NCBI RefSeq assembly: GCF_900167395.1
Contig: NZ_FUWK01000013.1
Span: 1-32,000, forward strand
Reading direction: 5' to 3'
Source: Nitrosomonas europaea
GTDB lineage: Bacteria; Pseudomonadota; Gammaproteobacteria; Burkholderiales; Nitrosomonadaceae
DNA: 32,000 nucleotides
The position numbers and the translations under genes were made by a program. Positions 18,342-27,175 of this stretch are shown here, piece after piece (position 1 is the stretch's first letter; each line of letters starts with the position of its first letter). Below the pieces are notes generated by a model. It searched no databases, had not been told where the DNA came from, and worked only from the letters and a program-made list of their open reading frames with translations.

Positions 18342-19376
18342 TCACAAATCCTTGGCGGACAGGTCGGCAGCCGGCCGGGTATCGACTTCGATCGTTATCG
18401 GCATGCCCTGTCGCAATGCGGCGTCGGCATCACTCACTACGATCCGCAGGCGATAAACCAGGTCGGTGCGCAGATCGGTGGTTTCTACTGTTTTAGGCGT
18501 AAATTCGGCGCGTGGCGAGATGAAGCCGATCTGGCCATGGTAGATCTTTTTTGAGGAATCACTGCGCACCTGTACCGGCGTTCCGGGGGCAATGCGACCC
18601 AAAGCCGTTTCACCGATGTAAGCGCGCACGTACACCGGCTTGTCAAGGCTCAGATTGTAGACGGCACTCTGACTGACGACCATGCTGCCCGGTTCACGGA
18701 TCCGGGTGATGACGGTACCATCGCTCGGTGCAAACAGTTCGGTATCGGCCAGCGCGGTAGCCGCCTGATCCCGCGTGGCCATTGCAGCCGCCAGCTGTGC
18801 TTCAGCCGCAGCGATATCTTCTTTGCGGAATCCCTCCCTGGCCTGGGATAAAGCCGCTTTGGCCGCCTTGACACCGGCAATGGCCTGATCCCGTGCAGCA
18901 CGTGCATTGTCCACATCCTGCTGACTGCTTGCTTTCGAAGGAAGCAATCTACTCAGACGCACGTAGTCACGCTCGGCCCGGCGCGCCACCGCCTGTGCCT
19001 GGTTGAGTGCTTCCTGTGCCTGAATGATTTCCTGCGGGCGCAAACCGCGGCGCATCTTGGCCAGCTCCGCCTGTGCCACCCGCACGGATGCTTCTGCTGT
19101 CGCAAACGCCTCCTGATACGGCTGAGCATCGAGCGTTGCCATGCGTGTACCGGCTACCACGGCATCTCCCTCATCGAACATCATCTGCGCCACTCGCCCC
19201 GGCTGACGGAAGGCTAACTGTACTTCCCGGATATCGACGTTCCCGTACAGATATAGCAGGCTTTCATCCTGCTCCGTATGCAGTACCCATGAAAATACAG
19301 CGCTCCCCGCAGCGAGAAGGATGACTGTGATGATCAGAATACGTTTTACAGTACGGGATAAACTGCCCATCTTCAT
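18342..19376 (-). CDS. ybhG: HlyD-family periplasmic adaptor (YbhG-like)
   Basis: N-terminal TM anchor, a long Ala/Gln-rich coiled-coil hairpin (AQAELAKMRRGLRPQEIIQAQEALNQAQA...) and a C-terminal beta-barrel domain. Its stop is 1 nt from the ATPase start. Confidence 0.85.
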   Translation of the reverse strand: MKMGSLSRTVKRILIITVILLAAGSAVFSWVLHTEQDESLLYLYGNVDIREVQLAFRQPGRVAQMMFDEGDAVVAGTRMATLDAQPYQEAFATAEASVRVAQAELAKMRRGLRPQEIIQAQEALNQAQAVARRAERDYVRLSRLLPSKASSQQDVDNARAARDQAIAGVKAAKAALSQAREGFRKEDIAAAEAQLAAAMATRDQAATALADTELFAPSDGTVITRIREPGSMVVSQSAVYNLSLDKPVYVRAYIGETALGRIAPGTPVQVRSDSSKKIYHGQIGFISPRAEFTPKTVETTDLRTDLVYRLRIVVSDADAALRQGMPITIEVDTRPAADLSAKDL

Positions 19377-19586
19377 GTCCGGCCTCGGTAATCAGGTATT
19401 CCACTGGAAAATACTCTATTACCTGCCCGACTGCAAAGATGCTTTGCTGCAGAAGCTGGATAAGGATAGGGCCGAATTGTCGGTGTGCTTTTATGTGGAT
19501 GAAAATGGATATTTGTTGGAGCTGAAACGGGATGTTGAATTTAGATAAACTAAGTCAATTAAACTAAGTTGAATTGGAAAAATAGG

Positions 19587-19709
19587 ATGCGGACGTACAA
19601 CATTCATGATGCTAAAACTCAGCTGTCCCGGTTGGTGGAGCAAGCTGCCAAAGGCGAGCCATTTGTCATTGCCAAGGCTGGCTATCCGGGTCCAGTACAA
19701 CTTGTCTAG
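19587..19709 (+). pseudogene. Truncated Phd/YefM-family antitoxin (N-terminal 40 codons only), no toxin partner
   Basis: I translated this by hand: MRTYNIHDAKTQLSRLVEQAAKGEPFVIAKAGYPGPVQLV*. The opening (N-I-H-x-A-K-T-x-L-S-R-L-V-E-x-A-x-x-G-E-P-x-x-I-x-K-x-G) is the canonical Phd-type N-terminus. The C-terminal toxin-binding half and any toxin gene are absent. The next gene's stop is at 19739. Confidence 0.45.
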
Positions 19710-19738
19710 TCAAACACAGAAGATCTGCCATTGAAAAC

Positions 19739-20299
19739 CTACAGTTCATTCTGGATGTGTTTATACCCTTGTACCAGAGTGTTGTTGGTTCTGGCTACAT
19801 CTTCCGAAAATTCTGAAGCTTTGGGTGATACTTTCGGAATGGTGGATAAATCAGTGCGCGGCCCGATCCTCTGGGTGGAGGGAACATAAAAACCGGGTGG
19901 CAGATCACAACCATCAACGACCGCGTTATGTCGAACGACACAACCTTCACCGATCGTGCAGTTGAACAGCACGCTGTTGAATCCGATGAATACATCCGGG
20001 CCGACGGTACACGGCCCGTGCACGATCGCCCGGTGAGCGATCGAGGTACGTTCTCCGATCGTTACTGCAGCACCTGATTTGGAGTGAATGACCACGCCAT
20101 CCTGTATATTGGAATGTGCACCCACGGTGATGGGTTCCATGTGTCCGGTTTCATCCACTTCATCTGCCCGGATGACGGCGTAAGGGCCGATAAATACATT
20201 CTCATGCACTACGATACGTCCGCAGAGGATGGCGGTTGGATCGACAAAAGCGCTTTCATGGACGATCGGCTGATCACCCCTGGGGTTTTTCCTGATCAT
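19739..20299 (-). CDS. Gamma-class carbonic anhydrase (Cam/CcmM-like left-handed beta-helix protein)
   Basis: Hexapeptide-repeat protein with Cam-type zinc ligands in context: SNIQDGVVIH and SIAHRAIVHGP. It also has the RADE segment and a C-terminal helix (FSEDVARTNNTLVQGYK). It lacks the long acidic loop of Methanosarcina Cam. Confidence 0.75.
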   Translation of the reverse strand: MIRKNPRGDQPIVHESAFVDPTAILCGRIVVHENVFIGPYAVIRADEVDETGHMEPITVGAHSNIQDGVVIHSKSGAAVTIGERTSIAHRAIVHGPCTVGPDVFIGFNSVLFNCTIGEGCVVRHNAVVDGCDLPPGFYVPSTQRIGPRTDLSTIPKVSPKASEFSEDVARTNNTLVQGYKHIQNEL

Positions 20300-20326
20300 G
20301 ATAATTTCTGAATAGGGTTATAAATA

Positions 20327-20806
20327 GTGATGAATATTTACGACTGCGGTATCAAAACCATGGATGGGCAGGACAAATTGCTCGGCGATTATAAGGGTAA
20401 AGTTCTGCTGATTGTGAATACTGCCAGCAAATGCGGGTTTACACCGCAGTATCAGGGCCTGGAGGATCTGTACCGTCGCTACAAGGACCGAGGATTCGTC
20501 GTACTCGCTTTTCCCTGTAACCAGTTTGGCCACCAGGAACCCGGCAGTGAGTCCGAGATTCAGCAATTTTGTACCACCCGCTATGACGTCAGCTTTCCGG
20601 TATTCGCAAAAATCGAAGTGAATGGCGCCAATACCCATCCGCTCTATCGATATCTGAAGAATGAGAAATCTGGTGTACTGGGCACTAAAGCAATCAAATG
20701 GAATTTCACCAAATTCCTGGTAGACCGATCCGGCCACGTGGTCAGGCGTTATGCACCTGCCGATAAACCGGAATCACTGACCGGAGATATCGAACAACTG
20801 CTTTGA
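20327..20806 (+). CDS. gpx: Glutathione peroxidase (Cys-type, BtuE/Gpx-like)
   Basis: LIVNTASKCGFTPQYQGLEDLY (catalytic Cys), FPCNQFGHQEPG, and KWNFTKFLVDRSG. 159 aa. Confidence 0.9.
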   Translation: MMNIYDCGIKTMDGQDKLLGDYKGKVLLIVNTASKCGFTPQYQGLEDLYRRYKDRGFVVLAFPCNQFGHQEPGSESEIQQFCTTRYDVSFPVFAKIEVNGANTHPLYRYLKNEKSGVLGTKAIKWNFTKFLVDRSGHVVRRYAPADKPESLTGDIEQLL

Positions 20807-20845
20807 GCAGGTGTTGCAAAGCACAAGAGTGTGTGCATTTCAGTT

Positions 20846-20864
20846 GTTAATGATAATTATTATT
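20846..20864. promoter_or_regulatory. Fur box upstream of the TonB-dependent receptor
   Basis: GTTAATGATAATTATTATT matches the 19-bp consensus GATAATGATAATCATTATC at 16 of 19 positions. It lies 59 nt upstream of ATG 20923. Confidence 0.6.
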
Positions 20865-20922
20865 GTTATCTTGTATGATATTGGCACGTAAATGACAACT
20901 GTTAAATTGTACGAGTGGCATC

Positions 20923-23190
20923 ATGAAACAATATTCAGGGACACAACCGGGATCGAGGTTATTTTTCATACCGTGGCGCACAGCCTGCTCAGGCTCAATG
21001 TTTATGCTGGTTTTTTTCATGGCCAGTCAAATTTGTTACGCACAATCCGCCACACCGGGGGCAACATTACTGAAGCCGATCGTCATTACTGCCCCACGTG
21101 AGGAAGATTCATTTTCTTCTCGTACCAAACTTGAATCACTGCCGGGCGGGACTTCATACATCGCTGCGGAAGAGATGCCGGGTGCGGCAAATCTGACGGC
21201 ATCGAAGGCATTTTTTGGAACGCCTGGCCTGATCGTGCAGGATTTTTTCGGAGGGAATGATCAGCCCCGTATCCAGATTCGCGGTTCGGGCCTGCAGCAG
21301 AATCCGGTAGAGCGGGGGATTCTGGTACTGCAAAACGGTCTTCCTATCAACCGTGCTGATGGATCCTATATCGTTGGTTTCATCAATCCCCGCCAGGCAG
21401 AAGCGATCGAAGTCTATCGGGGCTATATGGCAAACCGGCTGAGTGCAAATGTACTGGGCGGAGCATTGAATTTCATTTCCCCGTCAGGTATTACTTCACC
21501 GAATACCCGGATGATGATCAGTGGAGGCAGTTTCGGACAATTGAATCTTTCCGGTCAGGCAGGCGCTACCTCGGGCGATTTCGATGGTCTGATCCAGGCC
21601 GATTTCAACCGGCGGGACGGCTATCGCGACTACAATGATTCCAGACGTTTCAGTGTCAGCGGGAATGCTGGCTGGCATCTTTCCGAGGATGTTACGACTC
21701 GGCTGTTCGCGAGTTATACCGACCTCGGTTTCGATGTGGCCGGACCACTTTCGAAGGATCAATTGAAAAGCAGCCCCAGAAGTGTTTCTGCCGGTCCCGT
21801 CGTCATACCTGCCGGTGCAATCTACCCCGGGCCAAACGTCATTCGCGACCAGCCTGAGCGAACAGCCAGTCAGTTCCTGGTCGGATCGAGGACCACACTT
21901 CAGTTCGATAGACATATTCTGGATCTTGCCCTGGGATTTACCCATACGGATGATACATTCCGCTTTCCGGTTTCATCCGGGATACGTGAAACCCGCGGCA
22001 GTGATCTGACGGGTGTCATCCGGTATACCATCGAATCGACAGATAAAAATGCACTGCCGATATTTGAATCGGCGGCGTACTACACGGCAGGATGGGCCGA
22101 TCGGAAAAATTATCTGAACCGATCCGGTACGAAAGGGGAACATTTCGGTTCAAACAAGCTCGATGCAACAACATTGTCGCTGCATGCCAACCTCAATATT
22201 CCGATTCATCGGAATCTGACGCTGACTCCTGCCATTTCGTATTCTCGTGCAACCCGCGATAACAAAGATACCTATGATTCGCCTACCCGGCCAACATTGG
22301 CTTACCGGCCCAATGATCCGACTCAGCTGCTTCCGGGTGGTGCAGTTCCCTACGATAGTACGCGCTACAAACGATCGTTCGACAGTTGGAACCCGAGCCT
22401 GGCGATGACTTTCCGTCCGGCTGCCGGCCAGACCCTGTTCACCGCGATCAGCCAAAGCTTCGAACCCCCCACCCATGATGATCTGCTGGCAACCGTGAAC
22501 GGCACACCCAACAGCAGTGCGGGACGTCCCAATCCGGCCAATTCCGCATTACCGGCCGCTGTATTCGTAACGCCCGATCTGAAAGCCCAGACAGCAATGA
22601 CGCTTGAAGGAGGATGGCGCGGAAGCCACGGTATTTTCACCTGGGATGCGGTGGCCTATTACGCGTGGATCGATAATGAGCTTCTGAGTTTGCGGGATGA
22701 GTCCGGTGTATCACTCGGTTCTGTCAATGCCGATAAAACCACGCACCTTGGAATTGAACTCGGCCTGAAAGCACAATTGACCGAGCACCTGCTTGCCCGG
22801 ATAGCCTATACCTATCAGGATTTCCGCTTCGATAACGATCCGGTGAGAAACAACAATCAGCTGGCGGGTGCGCCTCCTCATTTCATTCAGACACAGCTGC
22901 AGGCACGGATCATCGGGAATCTGGTGATGCAGGCTGCCGTAAAATGGGTGCCTGCCAGAATCCCGGTCGATAATATGAATACTCTGTACGTCGATCCCTA
23001 TGCCATCCTTGATCTTCGCGCCGAATACAGATTCAATCGCAACTTCACCGTTTTCGGTGAAACGACCAATCTGTTCAACAAGACCTACGCTTCATCGTCA
23101 CTGGTCGTCGATCAGGCAAGAAGTGACCAGGCCGTATTTCTTCCCGGAGATGGACGGGCCTTTTTTGCCGGAATCAAAGCGACATTCTGA
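20923..23190 (+). CDS. TonB-dependent outer-membrane receptor (no STN extension)
   Basis: Signal peptide (MFMLVFFMASQICYAQS), a TonB-box-like LKPIVITAPRE, plug motifs (QIRGSGLQQNPVERGILVLQNGLPINRADGS, IEVYRG), a long barrel and a terminal aromatic residue (GIKATF). The start may be 20923 or an internal Met. Confidence 0.88.
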   Translation: MKQYSGTQPGSRLFFIPWRTACSGSMFMLVFFMASQICYAQSATPGATLLKPIVITAPREEDSFSSRTKLESLPGGTSYIAAEEMPGAANLTASKAFFGTPGLIVQDFFGGNDQPRIQIRGSGLQQNPVERGILVLQNGLPINRADGSYIVGFINPRQAEAIEVYRGYMANRLSANVLGGALNFISPSGITSPNTRMMISGGSFGQLNLSGQAGATSGDFDGLIQADFNRRDGYRDYNDSRRFSVSGNAGWHLSEDVTTRLFASYTDLGFDVAGPLSKDQLKSSPRSVSAGPVVIPAGAIYPGPNVIRDQPERTASQFLVGSRTTLQFDRHILDLALGFTHTDDTFRFPVSSGIRETRGSDLTGVIRYTIESTDKNALPIFESAAYYTAGWADRKNYLNRSGTKGEHFGSNKLDATTLSLHANLNIPIHRNLTLTPAISYSRATRDNKDTYDSPTRPTLAYRPNDPTQLLPGGAVPYDSTRYKRSFDSWNPSLAMTFRPAAGQTLFTAISQSFEPPTHDDLLATVNGTPNSSAGRPNPANSALPAAVFVTPDLKAQTAMTLEGGWRGSHGIFTWDAVAYYAWIDNELLSLRDESGVSLGSVNADKTTHLGIELGLKAQLTEHLLARIAYTYQDFRFDNDPVRNNNQLAGAPPHFIQTQLQARIIGNLVMQAAVKWVPARIPVDNMNTLYVDPYAILDLRAEYRFNRNFTVFGETTNLFNKTYASSSLVVDQARSDQAVFLPGDGRAFFAGIKATF

Positions 23191-23323
23191 AAAATTAGAT
23201 GGCGCCTGTTCCGGTTGTATTGAGGATCGGCAAATTGATGAGAAGCTGGCAGAGAAAAACCGCATTCCCAAGCGCACTCTCAAAAATGACAATCAACAAC
23301 GGGTGTTTTTCAGGGGTGACTAT

Positions 23324-24937
23324 TTACATTCCAAGCATACTTTTTGCCTCGGCTATCTCAGGGCGCGGGCTGTCAGCATGTTCAGCCAACTTAAGCAGTA
23401 ACTCCGCGTAGTGATCAGCTTTCTGTTCATTGCCAGCTTGCTTTGCATTTTGAGCTGCTCCTGCAATCGTACGATAGCGATTGGGGTGCTGTTCAAGAAC
23501 TTTCTCGAACTCGGCAAGTGCATCAGCCGGTTTACGGTCACGTTCAAGTATCGTTGCCAGCATCTCTCGCGCCGGGACGACTGGCCCGGGGGTGACGACG
23601 TTCTTTGCGCTTGCATCTTCACGCTCTGCCGCCCGGTGCAGTATTGCGATTCCCTCATCACGTTTGCCTTCTGCAAAATCTGCCAGTCCGCGCACTACTT
23701 CAGCCTGGATATCGATCTGGTCGGCCCAATAGTTCAATTTCATAGCTGTTGCCGCATCGCGAAGTTTAATCAACCGCTTCGCCTCAAAGTTCGCCTTGGC
23801 CGGCTCTCCACTCATCGCTGAACCGACACCGCGGGCAAACGCGTTGACTGCTTCAGCCTGCGGATATTTCTTCCATGGGTAGGTATCCCGCGCATACAGC
23901 GGCAAATCTGCTGCTTCCCGCCAGGCCCTGCGTTCCAGAGCAATCCTTGCAGGGATAGCAGCGTACGGATAGGCGACCCCAATCATGTCGATCCCGTGTC
24001 TAACTTGTTCCTGCTCCATGATTTTTCGTGCCGCGAGATCCTGGCCTAACTGTAGATGGGCATATACCATGTAGTCGGATGCGTGATGTCCATCGTGGGT
24101 GATCGAGTCATCAGCCATCTCGGCCGCGCGGCGGTTTGTATCGATCGATTCTTGCCAGAAGCCTGTGAGAGTAAAGATGTGCGATGGCATATGCAGAGAG
24201 TGAGGCGTGTCCGGAGCGATTTTCGCGTACTTCCTCGCAGCATCGATTCCACGCTTGGCCAACGGTGGATAGTCATAACTGTGAATCAGATAGTGTGCTA
24301 CTCCAGGATGGTTAGGCTCCCGGGCGAAGATCGGCTCAAGTAGCTCGGCGGCGTGTAATTGGTTGCGATAGGTCTTGTCAGTGGGATCGAAGTTTCTTGA
24401 GAGAATGAGCGCATACAATACAGTTGCCTCACTGTCGTCGGCATTTTGTTGCGCCAGCTGTGCCATCGCTTTTTCGAAGGACTCAGCTCTTTCCCGATAG
24501 TTCGTGGTGTTCAGATCTTTGAAGAATATTGCGAGTGCATCGACATAGTCTCGTTCTCTCTGAGTCTTGAGCCCGGCCTTGCGCGCGGCATCAAGTAATA
24601 CCGGCCCCTCAGCTATTGCTTTTTCTGACAAAGTGACTGGCCAGGCAAATGGGTTATCGAGCATCGCCAGAGCCTTTACCCAATGAGCCATACCGCAAGT
24701 GGGATCGACCTTGAGTACGTCATCAGCCGTTGCAATCACACGTTGCCACTGAAAAGAGTGATAGTATGCCACCGCTACATTAAACTTGGCTTGTGCCGTA
24801 GCGTTGCACTCTACTTTAAAGTGAACATCGCCAATCACGGCTGGATGTGAGCCTTTATCATCTGCTCTTGCAACTTGAGTCAGTACCAGTGCCAGAAGTG
24901 TCGATACTAATACTGTACGTTTCCTTACGGATCTCAT
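23324..24937 (-). CDS. Secreted helical-repeat (TPR-like) protein of unknown function
   Basis: Signal peptide MRSVRKRTVLVSTLLALVLTQVARA. The composition is all-helical with TPR-like repeats toward the C-terminus (ALAEFEKVLEQHPNRYRTIAGAAQNAKQAGNEQKADHYAELL). There is a His-rich central patch (HSLHMPSHIF...THDGHHASDY). An AAGGAG SD precedes ATG 24937. No catalytic family is recognised. Confidence 0.6.
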   Translation of the reverse strand: MRSVRKRTVLVSTLLALVLTQVARADDKGSHPAVIGDVHFKVECNATAQAKFNVAVAYYHSFQWQRVIATADDVLKVDPTCGMAHWVKALAMLDNPFAWPVTLSEKAIAEGPVLLDAARKAGLKTQRERDYVDALAIFFKDLNTTNYRERAESFEKAMAQLAQQNADDSEATVLYALILSRNFDPTDKTYRNQLHAAELLEPIFAREPNHPGVAHYLIHSYDYPPLAKRGIDAARKYAKIAPDTPHSLHMPSHIFTLTGFWQESIDTNRRAAEMADDSITHDGHHASDYMVYAHLQLGQDLAARKIMEQEQVRHGIDMIGVAYPYAAIPARIALERRAWREAADLPLYARDTYPWKKYPQAEAVNAFARGVGSAMSGEPAKANFEAKRLIKLRDAATAMKLNYWADQIDIQAEVVRGLADFAEGKRDEGIAILHRAAEREDASAKNVVTPGPVVPAREMLATILERDRKPADALAEFEKVLEQHPNRYRTIAGAAQNAKQAGNEQKADHYAELLLKLAEHADSPRPEIAEAKSMLGM

Positions 24938-25033
24938 TCCAGTCTCCTTGGTGTTGTTTTAGGATTCGAGGTAAGCAGACGTAAAACACTGAAGCAGTCA
25001 GTGCTTTAGTGTTTTACTCCAGTAAATTTCGAC

Positions 25034-26083
25034 TCAGCCTTTGTTGCTGTTGACAAGCAGGTTGGGTGGAGGGCCGATCGGATCGAATGTTTTCAACAAG
25101 GGAATATCCTCTTTGCTTATCCAGCGGATATCCGTATCAAACGTGTTTTGTGGTCCCCAGCTGCCGGTAAATTTCTTACCATCAGGCGTGAACGTCCAGC
25201 ACATTTCCTCACCCGGAGTATTGATGACATCACCGAGATTGATCGGTTTTTGCCATTCTCCCCTGGCATCCTGATGTGAGATCCACATATCGTGCCCACC
25301 CCGGGAATCAGGATCGATCCGTGTGCTGGTGATGACCATACTTTTGCCATCTTTCGATACCCCGGTCCAGTGCATGTGGTCACGCTGCGGAGAATTGATT
25401 TTCGCCCCCAGGCTCACCGGCTTCTGCCATACACCATCCTTTTTCTCGACTTTCCAGATATCACTCTCTTGTGTAACCCCAGGCTGGCTGTAATTGAAAT
25501 AAATCAGGCTGTCAGAAACGATGATCGGACAATGCTCTTCGCCGGTCAGCGTATTGATACTGGGTAGTTCCGGCACATCGTTCCAGTTTTTAGCTGATTG
25601 CCATACACCATTCACTTTCTGGACGACGTATAAGTCACCTGACAATAAATCACCAGGCTCATATCTCGTGAAATAAATGACATTGCCATCATCTGAAAAA
25701 CTGGGCTCGAGCTCCCAGGCCGACGTATTGATATTCGGCCCTACAGTGGGATCGATGTCAGCACCGAGATGAACAGGTTCCTGCCACACACCATCCACAT
25801 TTCGCGCCATCCATATATCGAAATTGTAAGGAGTGCCAGATGATTCGACACTGCCCTCGCGGGTCGAAACGAAAATAGCTGTTTTACCATCGGCACTGTA
25901 AGTGATCTCTATTTCCGAACCCGGCGAGTTGATGGGTGCGCCCATATCTTTCGATACAGCTGGTGGCTCAGTCACTCCACTACTTTCGGCTCCATGCATG
26001 CCCGGCATGGCATACGACAGATTACTCGCCAGTACTAAAACCGGTAACGCAGAACAATATTTCATAACAGTGCTGTCTTTCAT
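25034..26083 (-). CDS. Periplasmic PD40 / TolB-like beta-propeller repeat protein
   Basis: Signal peptide, then repeated blades with the PD40 signature D-G-x-W-Q-x-P-x-x-L-G-x-x-I-N: DGVWQEPVHLGADID, NGVWQSAKNW, DGVWQKPVSLGAKIN, RGEWQKPINLGDVIN. A strong SD (GAGGAG) lies 6 nt before ATG 26083. Confidence 0.75.
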   Translation of the reverse strand: MKDSTVMKYCSALPVLVLASNLSYAMPGMHGAESSGVTEPPAVSKDMGAPINSPGSEIEITYSADGKTAIFVSTREGSVESSGTPYNFDIWMARNVDGVWQEPVHLGADIDPTVGPNINTSAWELEPSFSDDGNVIYFTRYEPGDLLSGDLYVVQKVNGVWQSAKNWNDVPELPSINTLTGEEHCPIIVSDSLIYFNYSQPGVTQESDIWKVEKKDGVWQKPVSLGAKINSPQRDHMHWTGVSKDGKSMVITSTRIDPDSRGGHDMWISHQDARGEWQKPINLGDVINTPGEEMCWTFTPDGKKFTGSWGPQNTFDTDIRWISKEDIPLLKTFDPIGPPPNLLVNSNKG

Positions 26084-26316
26084 TCTGTTTCTCCTCTTTA
26101 GGTTAAATGCAATCTACTTACCATTAGCTTGGCAAGATAAATGGTTTGCATCGAAAAACGTATGGGATTCAAACCATATTTCCTGGTAAATATCTTTGCC
26201 AGGAATTCGACAATGTCACCAGAACCGACTTCATCATGCTCTCTGATTTCATTGATAATCGAACTGAATATCAGCCCGCGCGCAAAAGCTCTGACATCCG
26301 GTATATCGGTAGAAAA

Positions 26317-26952
26317 TTAATTCACTATTCGTCTGAGGTTATAAAAGAAAGCCGCAACTACGCCCAGTACCAGCATCGGCCAGTATGGGACAAAAGGCTC
26401 ATACCATTTCGTACCGATGGTGACGGGTATATCCAGATGGAACTCAGACTGGTATTCATCCGTGCCGGAGAGCTGAAGCACGTATTCCCCTGATTCATCG
26501 ATACGAACTTCCTGCGAAATAATGCCTGACTGATAATTTCTGGCGGGAATCGACAAGAGCGGTTCCATTATTCTTTCGCCATTCTTTCTGGCCAGACTGA
26601 CTGCTACCGGCTGTTCCCGTATGGAGGCCGGATACAGCAGATCGACAGTGATACTGAGCAGGCCGGGGCCCGGTACTTTGTCACACAAAACAGGGACGAC
26701 AGATAGGGCGCTCATTGAATCATCCGGTATTTCATAATCGACAGGGATGAAATAAGCGGAGTACCCGACCAGCAGCGTGTCGGATTCGATCGTGCAGGTA
26801 CCACCGCGAAAACCCTTGGGATAAGTGTCCGACATACTCCCTTGTGAATTAACATGGAACTGCATCCCGATCAGCACGATACCGGTCAGTATGCAAAGGG
26901 CAATAAAAAGGCGCTGAATATTGATCGATAAGTTTTGCCAGATTGTGATCAT
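26317..26952 (-). CDS. Bitopic membrane protein with a periplasmic beta-rich domain, unknown function
   Basis: The start is set at ATG 26952 because GAGGAGG lies 5 nt upstream; the ORF opens at 26985. The N-terminal TM is LFIALCILTGIVLIGM, followed by a roughly 150-aa beta-rich middle and a C-terminal TM (PMLVLGVVAAFFY). No family is recognised. Confidence 0.6.
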   Translation of the reverse strand: MITIWQNLSINIQRLFIALCILTGIVLIGMQFHVNSQGSMSDTYPKGFRGGTCTIESDTLLVGYSAYFIPVDYEIPDDSMSALSVVPVLCDKVPGPGLLSITVDLLYPASIREQPVAVSLARKNGERIMEPLLSIPARNYQSGIISQEVRIDESGEYVLQLSGTDEYQSEFHLDIPVTIGTKWYEPFVPYWPMLVLGVVAAFFYNLRRIVN

Positions 26953-27175
26953 GTTGCCTCCTCGGAACTGTTTCAGATGATTCACACGAAAGTAAGCCGG
27001 ATTGGCCTACTTAGCTTTTGATACTTAGTGATACTTGGCCAGGAAGTACAGATTGACTGAGCGTTACATAGAAAATCTGGTGCAGTCGTCATCAGATCTC
27101 CGTAATAAATAAGTTACAGGAAGGAATTTCATATATTCGTACCTGATATTCAGGATTATTCGGCATTTTTTCTAT

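Noticed and set aside
19375-19548. A 57-codon plus-strand ORF (MSGLGNQVFHWKILYYLPDCKDALLQKLDKDRAELSVCFYVDENGYLLELKRDVEFR) just upstream of the Phd stub.
   Set aside because: There is no SD, its ATG overlaps the HlyD start codon on the other strand, and I recognise no family. It could be a toxin or accessory remnant, but that cannot be supported.
26161-26205. A tRNA-like T-arm on the minus strand (GGTTTGAATCCCATA) next to a CCTGG...CCAGG stem.
   Set aside because: With a 7-nt loop the T-stem does not pair (TATGG against CCCAT). The CCTGG stem encloses a 12-nt loop rather than 7 nt. No acceptor stem can be drawn.
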